The notes under the pieces are model-generated. The model was not told where the DNA came from and made no database searches. It saw nothing but the letters and a program-made list of their open reading frames with translations. From the human T2T-CHM13v2.0 reference genome, Homo sapiens, in NCBI RefSeq assembly GCF_009914755.1, contig NC_060947.1: 64,000 nucleotides of DNA; one strand, written 5' to 3'. Below are positions 29,065 through 40,943 of this stretch, piece after piece. The first letter of the stretch is position 1. Every line of letters begins with the position of its first letter. A program made the position numbers and the translations under genes.

Positions 29065-30950
29065 TAGTTAAAATTTCGCTACTTTTTTATGAGGCATAGA
29101 CAAGTTGATTGTAAAGTTCATATAGAAAAATAAACACAGAAGAATGGCTAGGAAAACACTGAAAAGGAAGGTCTTGAGGCAGGAGAGAACTAGCCCTGTC
29201 AGATATTTAAACAGTCTACCAGAAAGCCTCCATAAGTCAAACAGTATAGCATTGGAACATTGTACAGATAAATCAATGCGATAGAATAATAAGTTCAAGG
29301 GGAAAAAAAGCCAGCTACATATAAAAGTGTAGTGTATGAGAAGGGTAGTATTTCTCAAATCACTTTGACAAAGTTAGTGTTTTTACAACTGGTGCTGGAA
29401 AAACTAGATAGCCATTTGGAAAAGGATACAATTAGATACATTCTTAACACCACACAGGAATAAAACCAAAATAGATGATACAGCTAAATAAAAAGTATAA
29501 AACTATACAAATATTAGAAGAAAGCATATTATTCTACAATTTACATATTGAGAAAAGCTTTCTAACTATGATTAAAAATCTGGATAGAATAAAATAAAAA
29601 TATAATTTTGATTACATAAAACAAGTTTGAAAAATTTGCATATAAGTACCATAAGTAAAGTAAAAAACAAATGACAATCTGGGAGAACAAATTTGCAACA
29701 TATATCAGAGATAAATGGTTAACAGCCCTAATTTACAGAAAAGACTTTTGAGAGTTGAGGAACAGAGACCAAAATCTTTTTTTAATTTATACTTTAAGTT
29801 CTGGGTTACATGTGCAGAACGTGCAGTTTTGTTACATAGGGATACACGTGCCACGGTGATTCGCTGCACCCACCAACCCATCACCTGCATTAGGTATTTC
29901 TCCTAATGTTATCGCTACCCTAGCCCCCCAACCCCCCAACAGGCTCCCTGTGTCCATGTGTTCTCACTGTTCAACTCCCACTCAGGAGTGAGAACATGTG
30001 GTGTTTGGTTTTCTGATCCTGGATAGTTTGCTGAGAATGATGGTTTCCAGCTTCATCCATGTCCCTGCAAAGGACATGAACTCATCCCCTCTCATGGCTG
30101 CATAGTATTCCACGGTGTACATGAGCCACACCCTCTTAATCCATTCTATCATTGATGGACATTTGGGCTGGCTCCAACTCCTTGCTATTGTGAACAGTGC
30201 CACATCTTATAGACACAAAAATATGAAAATATATTCAACCTCACTCATAATAAGAAAAATACAAACTAAAACTACAATGAGGTTCCATTTCTTACTCCGC
30301 AACTTGGCAAAAATATCAAAGCCTGTCAATGCGCTCTGTTGGTGAGCCTAGGGAAAATCAGGTGCTCTCACATACTGCTGGAAAAAATACAAAATGGCAT
30401 AATACCTATGGAGGGGATTTTGGCAATAGCTAACAAAATTACATATGTACTTATCCTCCAATAGAGCAATCTCAATTTCAGAAATTTCTCAAAATGATAC
30501 ATCAGCAGTATGAAAATGTATACACATAAGGTTATTATTTATTGCAGCATTATTTGTCATTGTGAAATATTGGAAATTACCTGTCAAAGCACAGGAGTTT
30601 GGTTGGATAAACTATAGCACATATACACAATGAAGTACTATGCAGCTGTAAAAATGTATAAGGAAGCATACATATACATCTGCTTATCTTTGGATTAACA
30701 CATAAAGCATGAACCCCAAAACAATGAAGTTGGTTACCTACAAGGAGTGTGGGAAAATGGGGTGGGGAAGATAAAAGAAGAAAGTGACAGTTCTCTGAGT
30801 ATACCTTTCTGTATGGTTTTTACTTTTGAAAACATGTTAATATGTTGTCCATATTCAAAAAACAAATCAGTAAGAATAGAAAAGTGGGGCTAAAACTGAA
30901 ATCAAATGTAAACAAATAAACCCAACTAAATTTCAAATGGAAAACACAAT
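29065..30950 (+). mobile_element. Ancient L1ME-like ORF2 3' portion and 3' UTR
   Basis: Degenerate ORF2 motifs: gattgtaaagttcatatagaaaaataaa, ggtgctggaaaaactagatagccatttgg, attcaacctcactcataataagaaaaatacaaactaaaactacaatgag. Confidence 0.75.
29777..30203 (-). mobile_element. Short 5'-truncated L1PA 3' end
   Basis: T-tail, tatactttaagttctgggttacatgtgcagaacgtgcag. ORF 29982-30203 is the ORF2 C-terminus (WSQPKCPS..MKLETIILSK). Confidence 0.92.
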
Positions 30951-31149
30951 GATACTGAAGAGAAACTACAACAACAAAAACTTATCTATAAGTAAGTCAG
31001 CCATCATCCCTCCCTGAGGGAACTGTAAATCACCTAGTTCTTTGTTCTGAAGTTACATTACAAAAATGGATAATTCAGGTATTCTTTTCAGGCAATGGTG
31101 GTATATGCATTATACGTAGGCGTAGGCATTTAAAAATTGTACATATGAG

Positions 31150-31515
31150 AAGGATGCCGAGTAGCCAAAAGGAGAATCGGAAATGTAGTTTGCTATCCAC
31201 CATCTATTTGCCCTTATTCTGGTTACAATGCATTACTTTCTTTCAGAGGGATCACCCCTTTTCCCACTTTCAGTTCAATTATTTCTTATGGAGTTTACTC
31301 GACCCCGAGGAGCTACACATGAGAGAGGAGGTAAAGTTTTGACCTGCTATTGCCATCTTGCCATTGTAATGCCTGAGAATGGGCCAGCATTGAAAACAGA
31401 TCTGAGAGATGGAGAAAAAAATGTCCCCATGACTTTGACTAAGATATGAATCCCCTATGCTTTTTAAACCAGTTTATCTATGGAACTAGTACTTGCAACC
31501 AAAAAATGTACTAAT
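31150..31515. mobile_element. Possible very old MLT1-type LTR fragments
   Basis: Weak motifs only: tgccatcttgcc..gcctgagaatgggccagca..gagagatggag; acttgcaaccaaaa. Confidence 0.35.
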
Positions 31516-32382
31516 GGATTTGCTGCAAAATCATAGTTAAAGACATTATTCCAGTTCCATGCCCCTTGTAATAAGGTTCTTCTTTGTTAAATGCTTTAAA
31601 AATCTTAGGAAGCAAAAAGTATCTGTTGAAGAATTAGCATTCTTCCTCTCACATAATTATGTAACCTGCTAAATTTCTCTTCTTGCCTTTCCTGTCAGGA
31701 AGCTCAGAGTTAAATTAATGTTCAAGTAAATTCCTTATTATCCCTGGCTCTTGGCGTACTTTTTTTTCCTTTAATTTTCATGATTTTGTGTTTCACTTTA
31801 GCATCCTTATTGTATATATGACTGTTACCATAAACAACCTTGAATCTCTTTTAGAAAGAGAATAAAATCAGTGTCTGGCACAGAAACAGAATACACATTT
31901 GTTCAGTAAAAAAAAAAAATGCATCTATTAACAAAGTATTTCTGTCAGAAACGGAACGATCAGAGATGTTACATATGGTGGTGTACTTTACAACACTTCC
32001 TTTAAAAAAAAAAACAAAAAAGTGTAGAACACTGTACCTACATTCAGAAAATATACCAAATGTATCTGAGAGTCTTAAAGCAAAAGGAAAGAAAAAGGCA
32101 AAACCTGGGTTCTAACCTATGCTTAGGCATGGAGGTGGGGCAGAGGGATGAGGAAATAACAGACCTAGAAATAGGTTGCTTTGTGCTTGGGTAGAGTAGG
32201 TTCTAGGTTCTAGAAGAAGCCAATAGTAAAAGAATGTAAACTCTATCTTCAGAAATATGTCCCCAGCAGTTTCAATCTGTTTGTTTGTTCAAGAGGACAC
32301 ATGGGGACTCATGGGAGAAGCAAATTGTGGTCTGATACTTCTATCTCTCACTTTGAGGTACATCGAGGGTACCTCGAAGTTA

Positions 32383-32656
<274 letters not shown>

Positions 32657-33494
32657 TTATTTAAGGGTCTCACTGACCAAAAAAATGCATTACCTATTTT
32701 GGTAGCTAATGCTTAAAATACAACTGCAGAATGTAGTAATACTTTCATAAGAATAAGGTTTTTAAAGTATTATGTATAAATGGTGATCAGATATTTTATT
32801 AAGGGGCTGGGAGATGGAAGACATGAAAGCAAAAGCAGAAAAGAGATTAAAAAGAGGTGGCCAATATGCAAGCAATTTTTGCGCACTTACCAAAGTTGGC
32901 CTAGTGTCAGTCCTGTTTACCTTTAAGAAGTTGATTGAGAGAAACAGAGGAGGTACATGGTGCTTTTGATTACCGGGCTCCAAATGCATTTTTGACCCGC
33001 ATATGAAATAAAATTTCTGTGTATATGTACAGCTGTTATAAATTAACACGGCATACACGTGTGACTTTTTTCATAAATTTCTGTTACTCTACTTGATTCT
33101 GAGCTTTAAAAAATGTTGCCAATCTTTAGAGATTAAAATTTTAATTTTTTTTGCTGTAGAAAAGGTTGTCACCTTATCTAACTTGCAAACAAATGCATTT
33201 TCCTGATAAATCCTAAAAATACTGTAAGCTTTAATGTTCATTTTATTGAATTTCCTTGCCTTATGAGAATATTAGAAAAGTTGGAAAAATACCAGAGTTT
33301 AGGACATATCAGGGTATATGCATGAAAAAGCAATATCCTGAAACACCTGTTACACCTGGCCCCTGAACAAGGTGTATCATTGCCAATGAATTCTGCAATT
33401 AGCTGGATGTGTTTAATAAAAGCAGACACAAAATTTTATATCCAAAAATGATCAAGCGAGGTCAACGGTAAAAATGTTAGAAAGTTGCAGCCTT

Positions 33495-33500
33495 TTTATT
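33495..33500 (-). terminator. Candidate distal polyadenylation signal AATAAA
   Basis: tttatt on the + strand. A second hexamer lies at 33242-33247. The cleavage site cannot be proven from sequence. Confidence 0.55.
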
Positions 33501-34236
33501 TGGTACCCAGAGAATGCCAGTAATTTAACATATCTTGAGAACTGTTGCTCACAGAGTTTTAACAAGAACAAAAATAAATATAACTTCTATGTCTTCTTTG
33601 GCATGTTGTAAATTCAAAATGATAGCCATTTCTTTAGCAGCATTGTGAGAGAAAGAAACATTGTAAAATGAACTACTGGATTTGGTCTTACATGATAAAA
33701 AACTTAGTATAATAAATGAAAATTTTAATGTCAAAAAACCAATGGTTTAAAGAAAACATTAATAAAATAAATGGTAACATAAAATTCATAATATAGTCAG
33801 AACAATAAAATAGTTTTTGAACACTGGGGATTGTTTAACTGCAGCTTTGAAGTTTTTAAGTACACGTAAATCAAATTCACACACAACTTTTATTTAATGC
33901 CATTTCAGTCTTCAGAAATGCAATGAAATGTCAGTATATACATATATATTTAATATCAGAAATAAGTTTAGGAATTCAAAAGTGCTTGGGATGTGTTGGC
34001 AAACCAATTTTTTAAAAAATGTGGCTATAGCAAACTGTGGTTGCTTCATAAAGCCTATGTAACTCCCAACTACCAACAGTACTTCCTGTTTTTTTTTTTT
34101 TTTATCAAACAGAAAAACCACCTTCTCCTTTTTTTTGTACTATGGAATTTAATGCAAGATAAATTCTAACTTACAAACCATGCTGGAATTTGGATATTTA
34201 AGGTTTAATGTGTAACTTTTTAAATGGCTGTTTCTT

Positions 34237-34237
34237 T

Positions 34238-34270
<33 letters not shown>

Positions 34271-34552
34271 TGAGACGGAGTTTCGCTCTTGTTGCCCAGG
34301 CTGGAGTGAAATTGGCACAATCTCGGCTCACCGCAACCTCTGCCTCCCAGGTTCAAGTGATTCTCCTGTCTCAGCCTCCTGAGTAGCTGGGATTACAGGC
34401 ATGCGCCACCACACCTGGCTAACTTTGTATTTTTAGTAGAGACGGGTTTCTCCATGTTGGTCAGGCTGGTCTCGAATTCCTGACCTCAGGTGATCCACCG
34501 CCTCGGCCTCCCAAAGTGCTGGGATTACAGGCATGAGCCACTGTGCCCGGCC
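34237..34552 (-). mobile_element. AluSp-like element in the 3' UTR, sense to the mRNA
   Basis: tttcgctcttgttgccc, ctcaccgcaacc and tttctccatgttggtcagg diagnostics. ~30-nt T tract. 11-bp TSD ggctgtttctt at 34226-34236 and 34553-34563. Confidence 0.95.
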
Positions 34553-37500
34553 GGCTGTTTCTTGATAGACTGCTTTCCTGCTGTTAAAAATAATTTTATC
34601 ATACTAAAAAACAAAACACTACATATTTGTTATAAGCAGCAATTTCAGAGAGAATGAATTTGGAAAGAGAAAGAAAATGTGACCTGAGCAATATTAGTTC
34701 ATAGGAAAGATAAAAGTAACCTAATCAGTCACATTTTGACAATTTTTTAATAAACGAATGCAGTTAGTACATTCTCTATAATTGTCCACGTAAAATTAAA
34801 TGCTTAATACCTTTTGAAGAATAAATTATTAGTTCCCATAACTAGACAGTTGGAATTACAGCAAAACAGTCATCCACAGAAGCTCTATTGTCCAGCGTTT
34901 AGAAATGTGAATACAAAGCAAACCCTAACTTGGCAATTACATATATATATATTTATTTATAAGCATTTAGCTAAAATTTATTTAGTGAATAATTGAAACA
35001 TACATAATTTGCCAATATAATGTAAGCTTGGATTTCCATATTCTAAAACTTTTGTTTTTCTAAATATTTCAAAGAAACTTATGTCTATAATTTAATATAT
35101 TCAAGTATAGTTCCCTTTTCTCTTATGTATTAGCAACCAAACTGAATTTTAGGTGATCAAGCATAACATTTTATTGAAAGTATATGATGGAATTCACTAC
35201 ACTGTAAGACTAAAACCAGGAACAGTGCATCCATGAGTATAATGTATGTTGTGAATAATCACTATCAATGCCACTATATTCCCACATAAAAAGGCAAATA
35301 GCCCACTATTGATTTATTCTGCTAATTTCAACAATCATTGATCTTGAGGTACATGCCAAAAATGCCTGAATAAGCTTTGAAATGTAAAACAAAAATGTTT
35401 TAAAGAAGTTTAATTGCAGTTGGCCAATATATACTTAATATGGCTTGCATTTTTTTTTTTTTTTTTTTGAAATAACATTGTGACTTAAAGGATTTCTAGG
35501 TCCTAAAATCTGGAAAAGGGATCTGGAAAAATTTGGACTCCATGAGTAGTTTGGATTCAATCTCTCTGTGCTTTTTTTTTTCTTTATAACAGGAATGGGA
35601 TGGGGGGTGGGGGGAATAAAACTTCTTATGCTATATAGGTCATGTACTGTGAGAAACAAGAATACAAAACTATGGGTTTAAAAACAACATATACAGAAAT
35701 AATCGCCAATCTCTGTCTACCTCCACATCATTTTGTCATAGAAGTTCATTGTGATTAAAAAGTTTAAAAGTTTTTAAGAGAAAAGGTAGATTGAGAAGTA
35801 GAAAGGAAGTAGGAAGGAAATTGTGCAAAAAAAGAAACAGTTTATTAGATACTCTGACCCTGGGACACACTGTTCCTTTCCCCCAAAATATTTTCCGTGA
35901 TAGGAACTGAATTTAAAATTATCACCTTGTTAGATTGCCTGAAGATCCAGCAACTAAAAACTTGATTAATGCACAACTTCCTTAAAAAATGCCAATTAAC
36001 TATTAGCCACTGACAGAAAAATGTAAATTAATTTAATAAGATAGCTTTCCTTTCACCTTTTTAGCTGGAAATGTCTGTTCTGATAGAATGGATATCCTGA
36101 TTTGGGGAAGAGGAAGAGGAAGGAACAAGGAGTAAGGATCACACAGAATCCTTCTGGGGATAGGGTAAATTTCGTTGATGGAGTATTGCTGTGAGGTGCT
36201 CAAATAAGATAGATAGCATGAAGGGGCTGGAAAGCCAGGAGAAAGAGAATGTACAGAATACCACAAATATGCTTTGCCCACTTTAAAGCCTAAGTTTTCT
36301 TGTGGGCCTTAGGGCCAAGATAAATGGTTGTTTTCCTTCTTCATATATGAAAGACCTCTATCTAGAAAATACTAGTCAATCTGTATGGAAGTTTCTCTGG
36401 GCAGTACTATTTTAACATGTTGTTCCAATGGGCAGACATTATAAATACCAAGCATCTGTTCTTAAGGTTGTGGGTTGCCTAAACATATGGAATCCCTTTG
36501 AGCCAAACAGAGGTGCTATCAAAATTGTTTTATTATATTGAATTACCAATGACAATAAATTACAAAAAACAATGTTTTAGACATTGCTGAGTCTAACAAA
36601 ATAGGCTGAAGTTTGATCTTTGTGAAAGGACTTGAAACCATTGTTTTTTCCCACAAAAATCCCCATCACCAGCACTGCATTCGAATTTTCTTGAAAATTG
36701 TTTCCTGAGTTTATTCATGGTAGTATGTGCTTAAGGACAACAGGTTGTTAGTCTATTTGAGCAAACCTGATGTTTTCTCTAAGAAAAACAAATTCAATAT
36801 CCTCCCCCTTCAAGAACAATAAAACCCCAAACTGTGCTATCATTAAATACTACCAAAAACCATTAACTAGAAAAACACAATGCAAAATCATTATTCAAGA
36901 ACCCATTAGAAACCACAGTATTCTAAAGTCTTATAGAAAAGATGTGTTTTTACTAGTTAAGCATTGATAGAAGTCCCATCAAAAAAATGTTCAATCCAAA
37001 TCTGCATTTTTGGCTATGGAGTTCTAGCCAAACTGGACAGGATTAGGCATCCTTACCTGGGCTCCTTCTACAAAATGACAGTATGTTTTGAAGCTCTCCC
37101 ATATAATAAGGTTGCCCCCTACTACTGTGGTTAAGCTAGCATATTTGAGTTTTTCACTAGAAAACTCTCAAACAATTATCGGGTACATCCAGTAGCATAC
37201 CTGTATCTTTTATACACTGTCAGTCCTCACTGGGTGATCAGAAATCATGCTGTTCATTGCTTAATTCTTATAGTGTTCCTTTTATGATAGGACTGTATGG
37301 CATGACCTTTCTGAGCAAGCTAATTTAAAATTAATTAAGACTGTCTACTTTTTAAAGCCATTGATTATAGAAAACCTGAAAGTTATTTTATAATCATTTT
37401 TCATTTTCTGATTTCACTTCCCCTAATTTTATTACTTAAAATGCATCCATGGAAATAGTATCTCTGTCCTGAAAACTTCAACACCAAAATCACACCTCTG

Positions 37501-38042
37501 AGTTTGACTTATCGATTCTGATAGGAAGGCATAACAGCACTAGATAATGACAGAAGGAAAATAAGTCAGAATATATGCTTACAAACTGTTACATGCAAGT
37601 ACATATAGTAATAAAGCAAATGAGAAAAAAAGCCAAAATGGAACATAAAAAGCCATAAGACATGATACCTAACTACTTCTAAGTAATTATTTTTCATGTG
37701 GCATAAATTGTTATTTAATCTCTTTCAATTATTTCCAAAAGATACCTCAAAATAAGAATACATACTTTAATATATCACACCCAGGAAACAGATATTTGTG
37801 CATGGGGTATAGATTATTTACATTACAAACAGAATATGTATAGTTTCTTTTATTAAATACCAAAGTTACGAGTTTCCTAGCCTAAATTGTATAATTCAGC
37901 ACTCAGTAATCAACTTTCTCTCTGAATAAAGCAAAATAAAATACATAGCAAATAGTACACCTAACACGCACAAGTAGTTCACTTATATTCACTAAAGAAA
38001 ACTGTGATATCCTCCAGTTTACATTCATGAATTCTTTCTGTC

Positions 38043-38080
<38 letters not shown>

Positions 38081-38106
38081 CAGTAGTAGCTGCTGCTGTT
38101 GTTGTA
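38043..38106. repeat. Compound trinucleotide microsatellite (AGT)12 followed by TGC/TGT units
   Basis: Read directly: agtagt..agtag cagtagtagc tgctgc tgttgttgt ag. Confidence 0.97.
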
Positions 38107-39116
38107 GCAACGGTATTTTCTTCAACAACGTGAAATGATTCTTTAGCATTTCATCATTTAGAGAAAAGAATACATACTACACAGTGGTTCTGAATTATAC
38201 ATTAAATAAGACCAATTTGGCCAGTTTTTTATAAATATGATTTTAAAATGTGCTCAAATTTTTTGTAGACCATTAATATTATTCATATTTAAAATGTTAG
38301 TTTATCTTCATGAAGTAAAATGATTAAGTAGCATTGTCTAAAGTTTACTGTAATACAATATACTATATCATGTGTGCTATATGCACAAGTCCACTACAGC
38401 AAGATGTCAACTGTATTATCATAGGATTCAAGGTAGAATGATATGCTACACTGTACTTCAAAGCACATCGAAGTCAGAAAAACAACAGTGTAGTTCATTT
38501 ATAAAGGGGATAGATGATGATTACAATCCAATTGGTTAACTTGAAAGTCAGTTTATATAACACCAGGATAGTGTCAACACCACATACTTCATTTTCAAAG
38601 GCTTAACTATGACCTATTTATAAGATTACACCAACAGTATAAAGCCTTTGGAAAAAAAAAAAGTTTCACTTGTACTAAATTTCCATGATGTAAAATTTAC
38701 AGAAGCCTTATAAAAACCTTTATTTCTAAATGAGGCCACTTATTATGGATAATATACAGATCTGCCTGCACACATTATCTGAGATATAATTCTTCTATAA
38801 AAACTTTGGCACCAACTATATCAAGAATTCATATATTAGCACAAATGTATTTTGCTCTGGCACCAAACCACTATGTTTACATTTTAGTAACTACAGTGAG
38901 TCAAATGAATGGAGTCCTTTGGTTTTACGGAATAACAAGCTTTTATAATAAGTTTTTGTTGTTTTTCTTTCATTAGAAAAAGCCTATCCTTCAGGATCTG
39001 ATGTTTAAAAATACTAACATTGCTTGTCATTATACTATTATATATGTATACTGATTGTTGGTAATGACTCCCCAAACCATAATTGTATGAAACAAGAAAA
39101 AAAATATTAAAGTAAC

Positions 39117-39122
39117 TTTATT
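39117..39122 (-). terminator. Candidate proximal polyadenylation signal
   Basis: AATAAA ~280 nt after the stop codon, with a U/GU-rich tract downstream in the mRNA (39090-39104, uuuuuuuucuuguuu). Confidence 0.45.
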
Positions 39123-39402
39123 TGAAAGGAATTTTAGAAGCTTGTGTGCAGAGAAGTTGTGAGGACCTGGTGGACACCAATTATATGCTTAAATAAACAC
39201 TTGAACACTACTGCAAACACATAGTATGAATATTGTGGACCTGTGAATGGTTTTTTAAATCTCACTTCCCCTAAAAATGGGGATTTAATATTACTTAATA
39301 TTCAAGTAATTTAGCAGACAACGATGCCTTTGATAAGAATAGGAAAAAAGCCACACATTTAATTTCATCTTCATCCAGTTTGGCCTAGGAACACCACAAA
39401 TC

Positions 39403-39528
39403 TTACAGGCCAGTTGATGTTCGCTTTTTCATGCTCCGTCGCTGGGCTAAGCTTGAAGCAGCTACAGGCTCTAGGACTGGTTGAAAGGTCTTGTGAGTCA
39501 GGGCAGAGTATGTTGCAACCATTGCTCC
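39403..39528 (-). CDS. RPS6KA6: RSK4 last coding exon: [41 protein letters not shown]
   Basis: Translated by hand (this frame is not in the ORF track). Acceptor ttttctcattactttag|GGA, phase 0, TAA at 39405-39403. Contains the RSK autoinhibitory helix, the LAQRR ERK-docking motif and a C-terminal PDZ-binding motif (TGL). Confidence 0.97.
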   Translation of the reverse strand, partial: GAMVATYSALTHKTFQPVLEPVAASSLAQRRSMKKRTSTGL

Positions 39529-40096
39529 CTAAAGTAATGAGAAAATGCCACAAACTAAGTACAAATTCTGGAGTTAAAAAAAAAAAAAACTTTCACATGA
39601 TATCATGAGACATATATCTAGAACAAAATGTTTTCCTAGGAAAATAATTGAATATATTAGATCTGTGCACTGATGAATCAATATTACTTGTATGTTTTTC
39701 ATTTCAATAACTATGCTTTTTACAAAAAATTGTTAAAACACTAACATTTAAAACCTTGATTCAATGTATATGGATATAGGAATGGTTTCACGAACAGTTA
39801 TAAATTAAGAACTAACAGCAATCTTTTATTTCAATATGAAACTTGCATTTAGCCCAATCCTAATTCCAGCATCTCTCAAAAGCACGGCAGGTACAATCAA
39901 GAAATTTTTATTGTTTCATCTGAAAGGCAGTAGTAAAGTAAGCTAAGAAAAGTACATGGTTGTTAATTTAAAAAAATCTATCTTTAAAAAATAAAGATAT
40001 TTTAAGGAATTATTTAAGTGTCATCAGCAAGTGGCACACAATGGGTTTATTAGGTATCTGATATCTCGAAGGCACATAAAAGTATGTTTGTTTTAC

Positions 40097-40237
40097 CTTA
40101 ACAACATGTGACACATCATTTCTCTTTGGCTGATCATTTGGCAACTGGTCTCTGTGAGTTATCCATGAGTGCTTTAATATTTGTTCAGCAGTATACCGCT
40201 GATGTGGGTCCATATGAAGCATATGGGAAAGCAAATC
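40097..40237 (-). CDS. RPS6KA6: RSK4 penultimate coding exon: DLLSHMLHMDPHQRYTAEQILKHSWITHRDQLPNDQPKRNDVSHVVK
   Basis: 141 bp, acceptor tttttttaatttag|GAT, donor AAG|gtaaaa, phase 0/0. Kinase subdomain XI (DP..R.TAE.IL.H.W) of the C-terminal kinase domain. Splices in frame to the last exon across a 568-bp intron. Confidence 0.97.
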
Positions 40238-40943
40238 CTAAATTAAAAAAAATGTGTGTGTATATATATATACATGTATACATACATAATTTTACATTTG
40301 CTGAAAATGTGACAGCATCAATAGCCTTGCAATCTGTTTATTTCACCTACATTTATGCAAAGTAAAATCTATACTCTACACAGTTAACTCTCAAGAGAAT
40401 CTTGAGAGATATTTTTCAATATATACTAAATCCTTATACACCACTTTTAAATCGGAAGATGCCAAATCTGTGGAATTGGATGTGTGATTAGTGACGGAGG
40501 AGGAAAATGTAAAATGGCAGAAGTTATCCTGGAATATGCTAAATGTTCAGCAGGAGACAGGAGCTATTGAACTTTGCTGTTAAGCTGGGCACCAAGGTGT
40601 AAGGGTATGTGTACACAGATAAAACATAGAAGGGAGGGTCCCATGTAGTTAATCCATTCAATAAATGGTGGCTTACTATATAACATATTAAGAAAGCAAA
40701 CCATAAATCCAATGTTAGCAAGTGGCTTCTATCATAGTAGTCCCCAGTGCATTTTAAGTTTTTCATCAAAGTAAGTGTACGTTTGCTTATGTTATCTCTG
40801 TTGCAATTAAAAAAGTTGTAAATTTAATATAACCTCACAGGAAAAGTTTTCAATATATTAAGAGATGTAATACTTTTAAATAAACTGTCTCTCCCAAGTA
40901 TCTTTTAGAGAAATGAGAAGTAAACTCCTTAATAAGCATTTTC

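Larger units (their letters stand above)
33470..39402 (-). other. RPS6KA6: RPS6KA6 3' UTR (~5.9 kb; distal end inferred)
   Basis: Follows the TAA at 39403-39405. Almost repeat-free AU-rich block in an otherwise L1-saturated window. AATAAA at 33495-33500. Length agrees with my recollection of a long RSK4 3' UTR. Confidence 0.7.

Noticed and set aside
35592-35614. G-run cluster as an RNA G-quadruplex
   Set aside because: The G-runs are on the + strand, so the mRNA is C-rich there. The number of tracts is marginal.
39371-39608. Two ORF-track entries over the last exon
   Set aside because: Wrong frame or strand. The real frame is [14 protein letters not shown].
40010-40234. ORF-track 74-aa stand-alone gene
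   Set aside because: It is the spliced RSK4 exon plus intron read-through, and its start is a TTG leucine codon.
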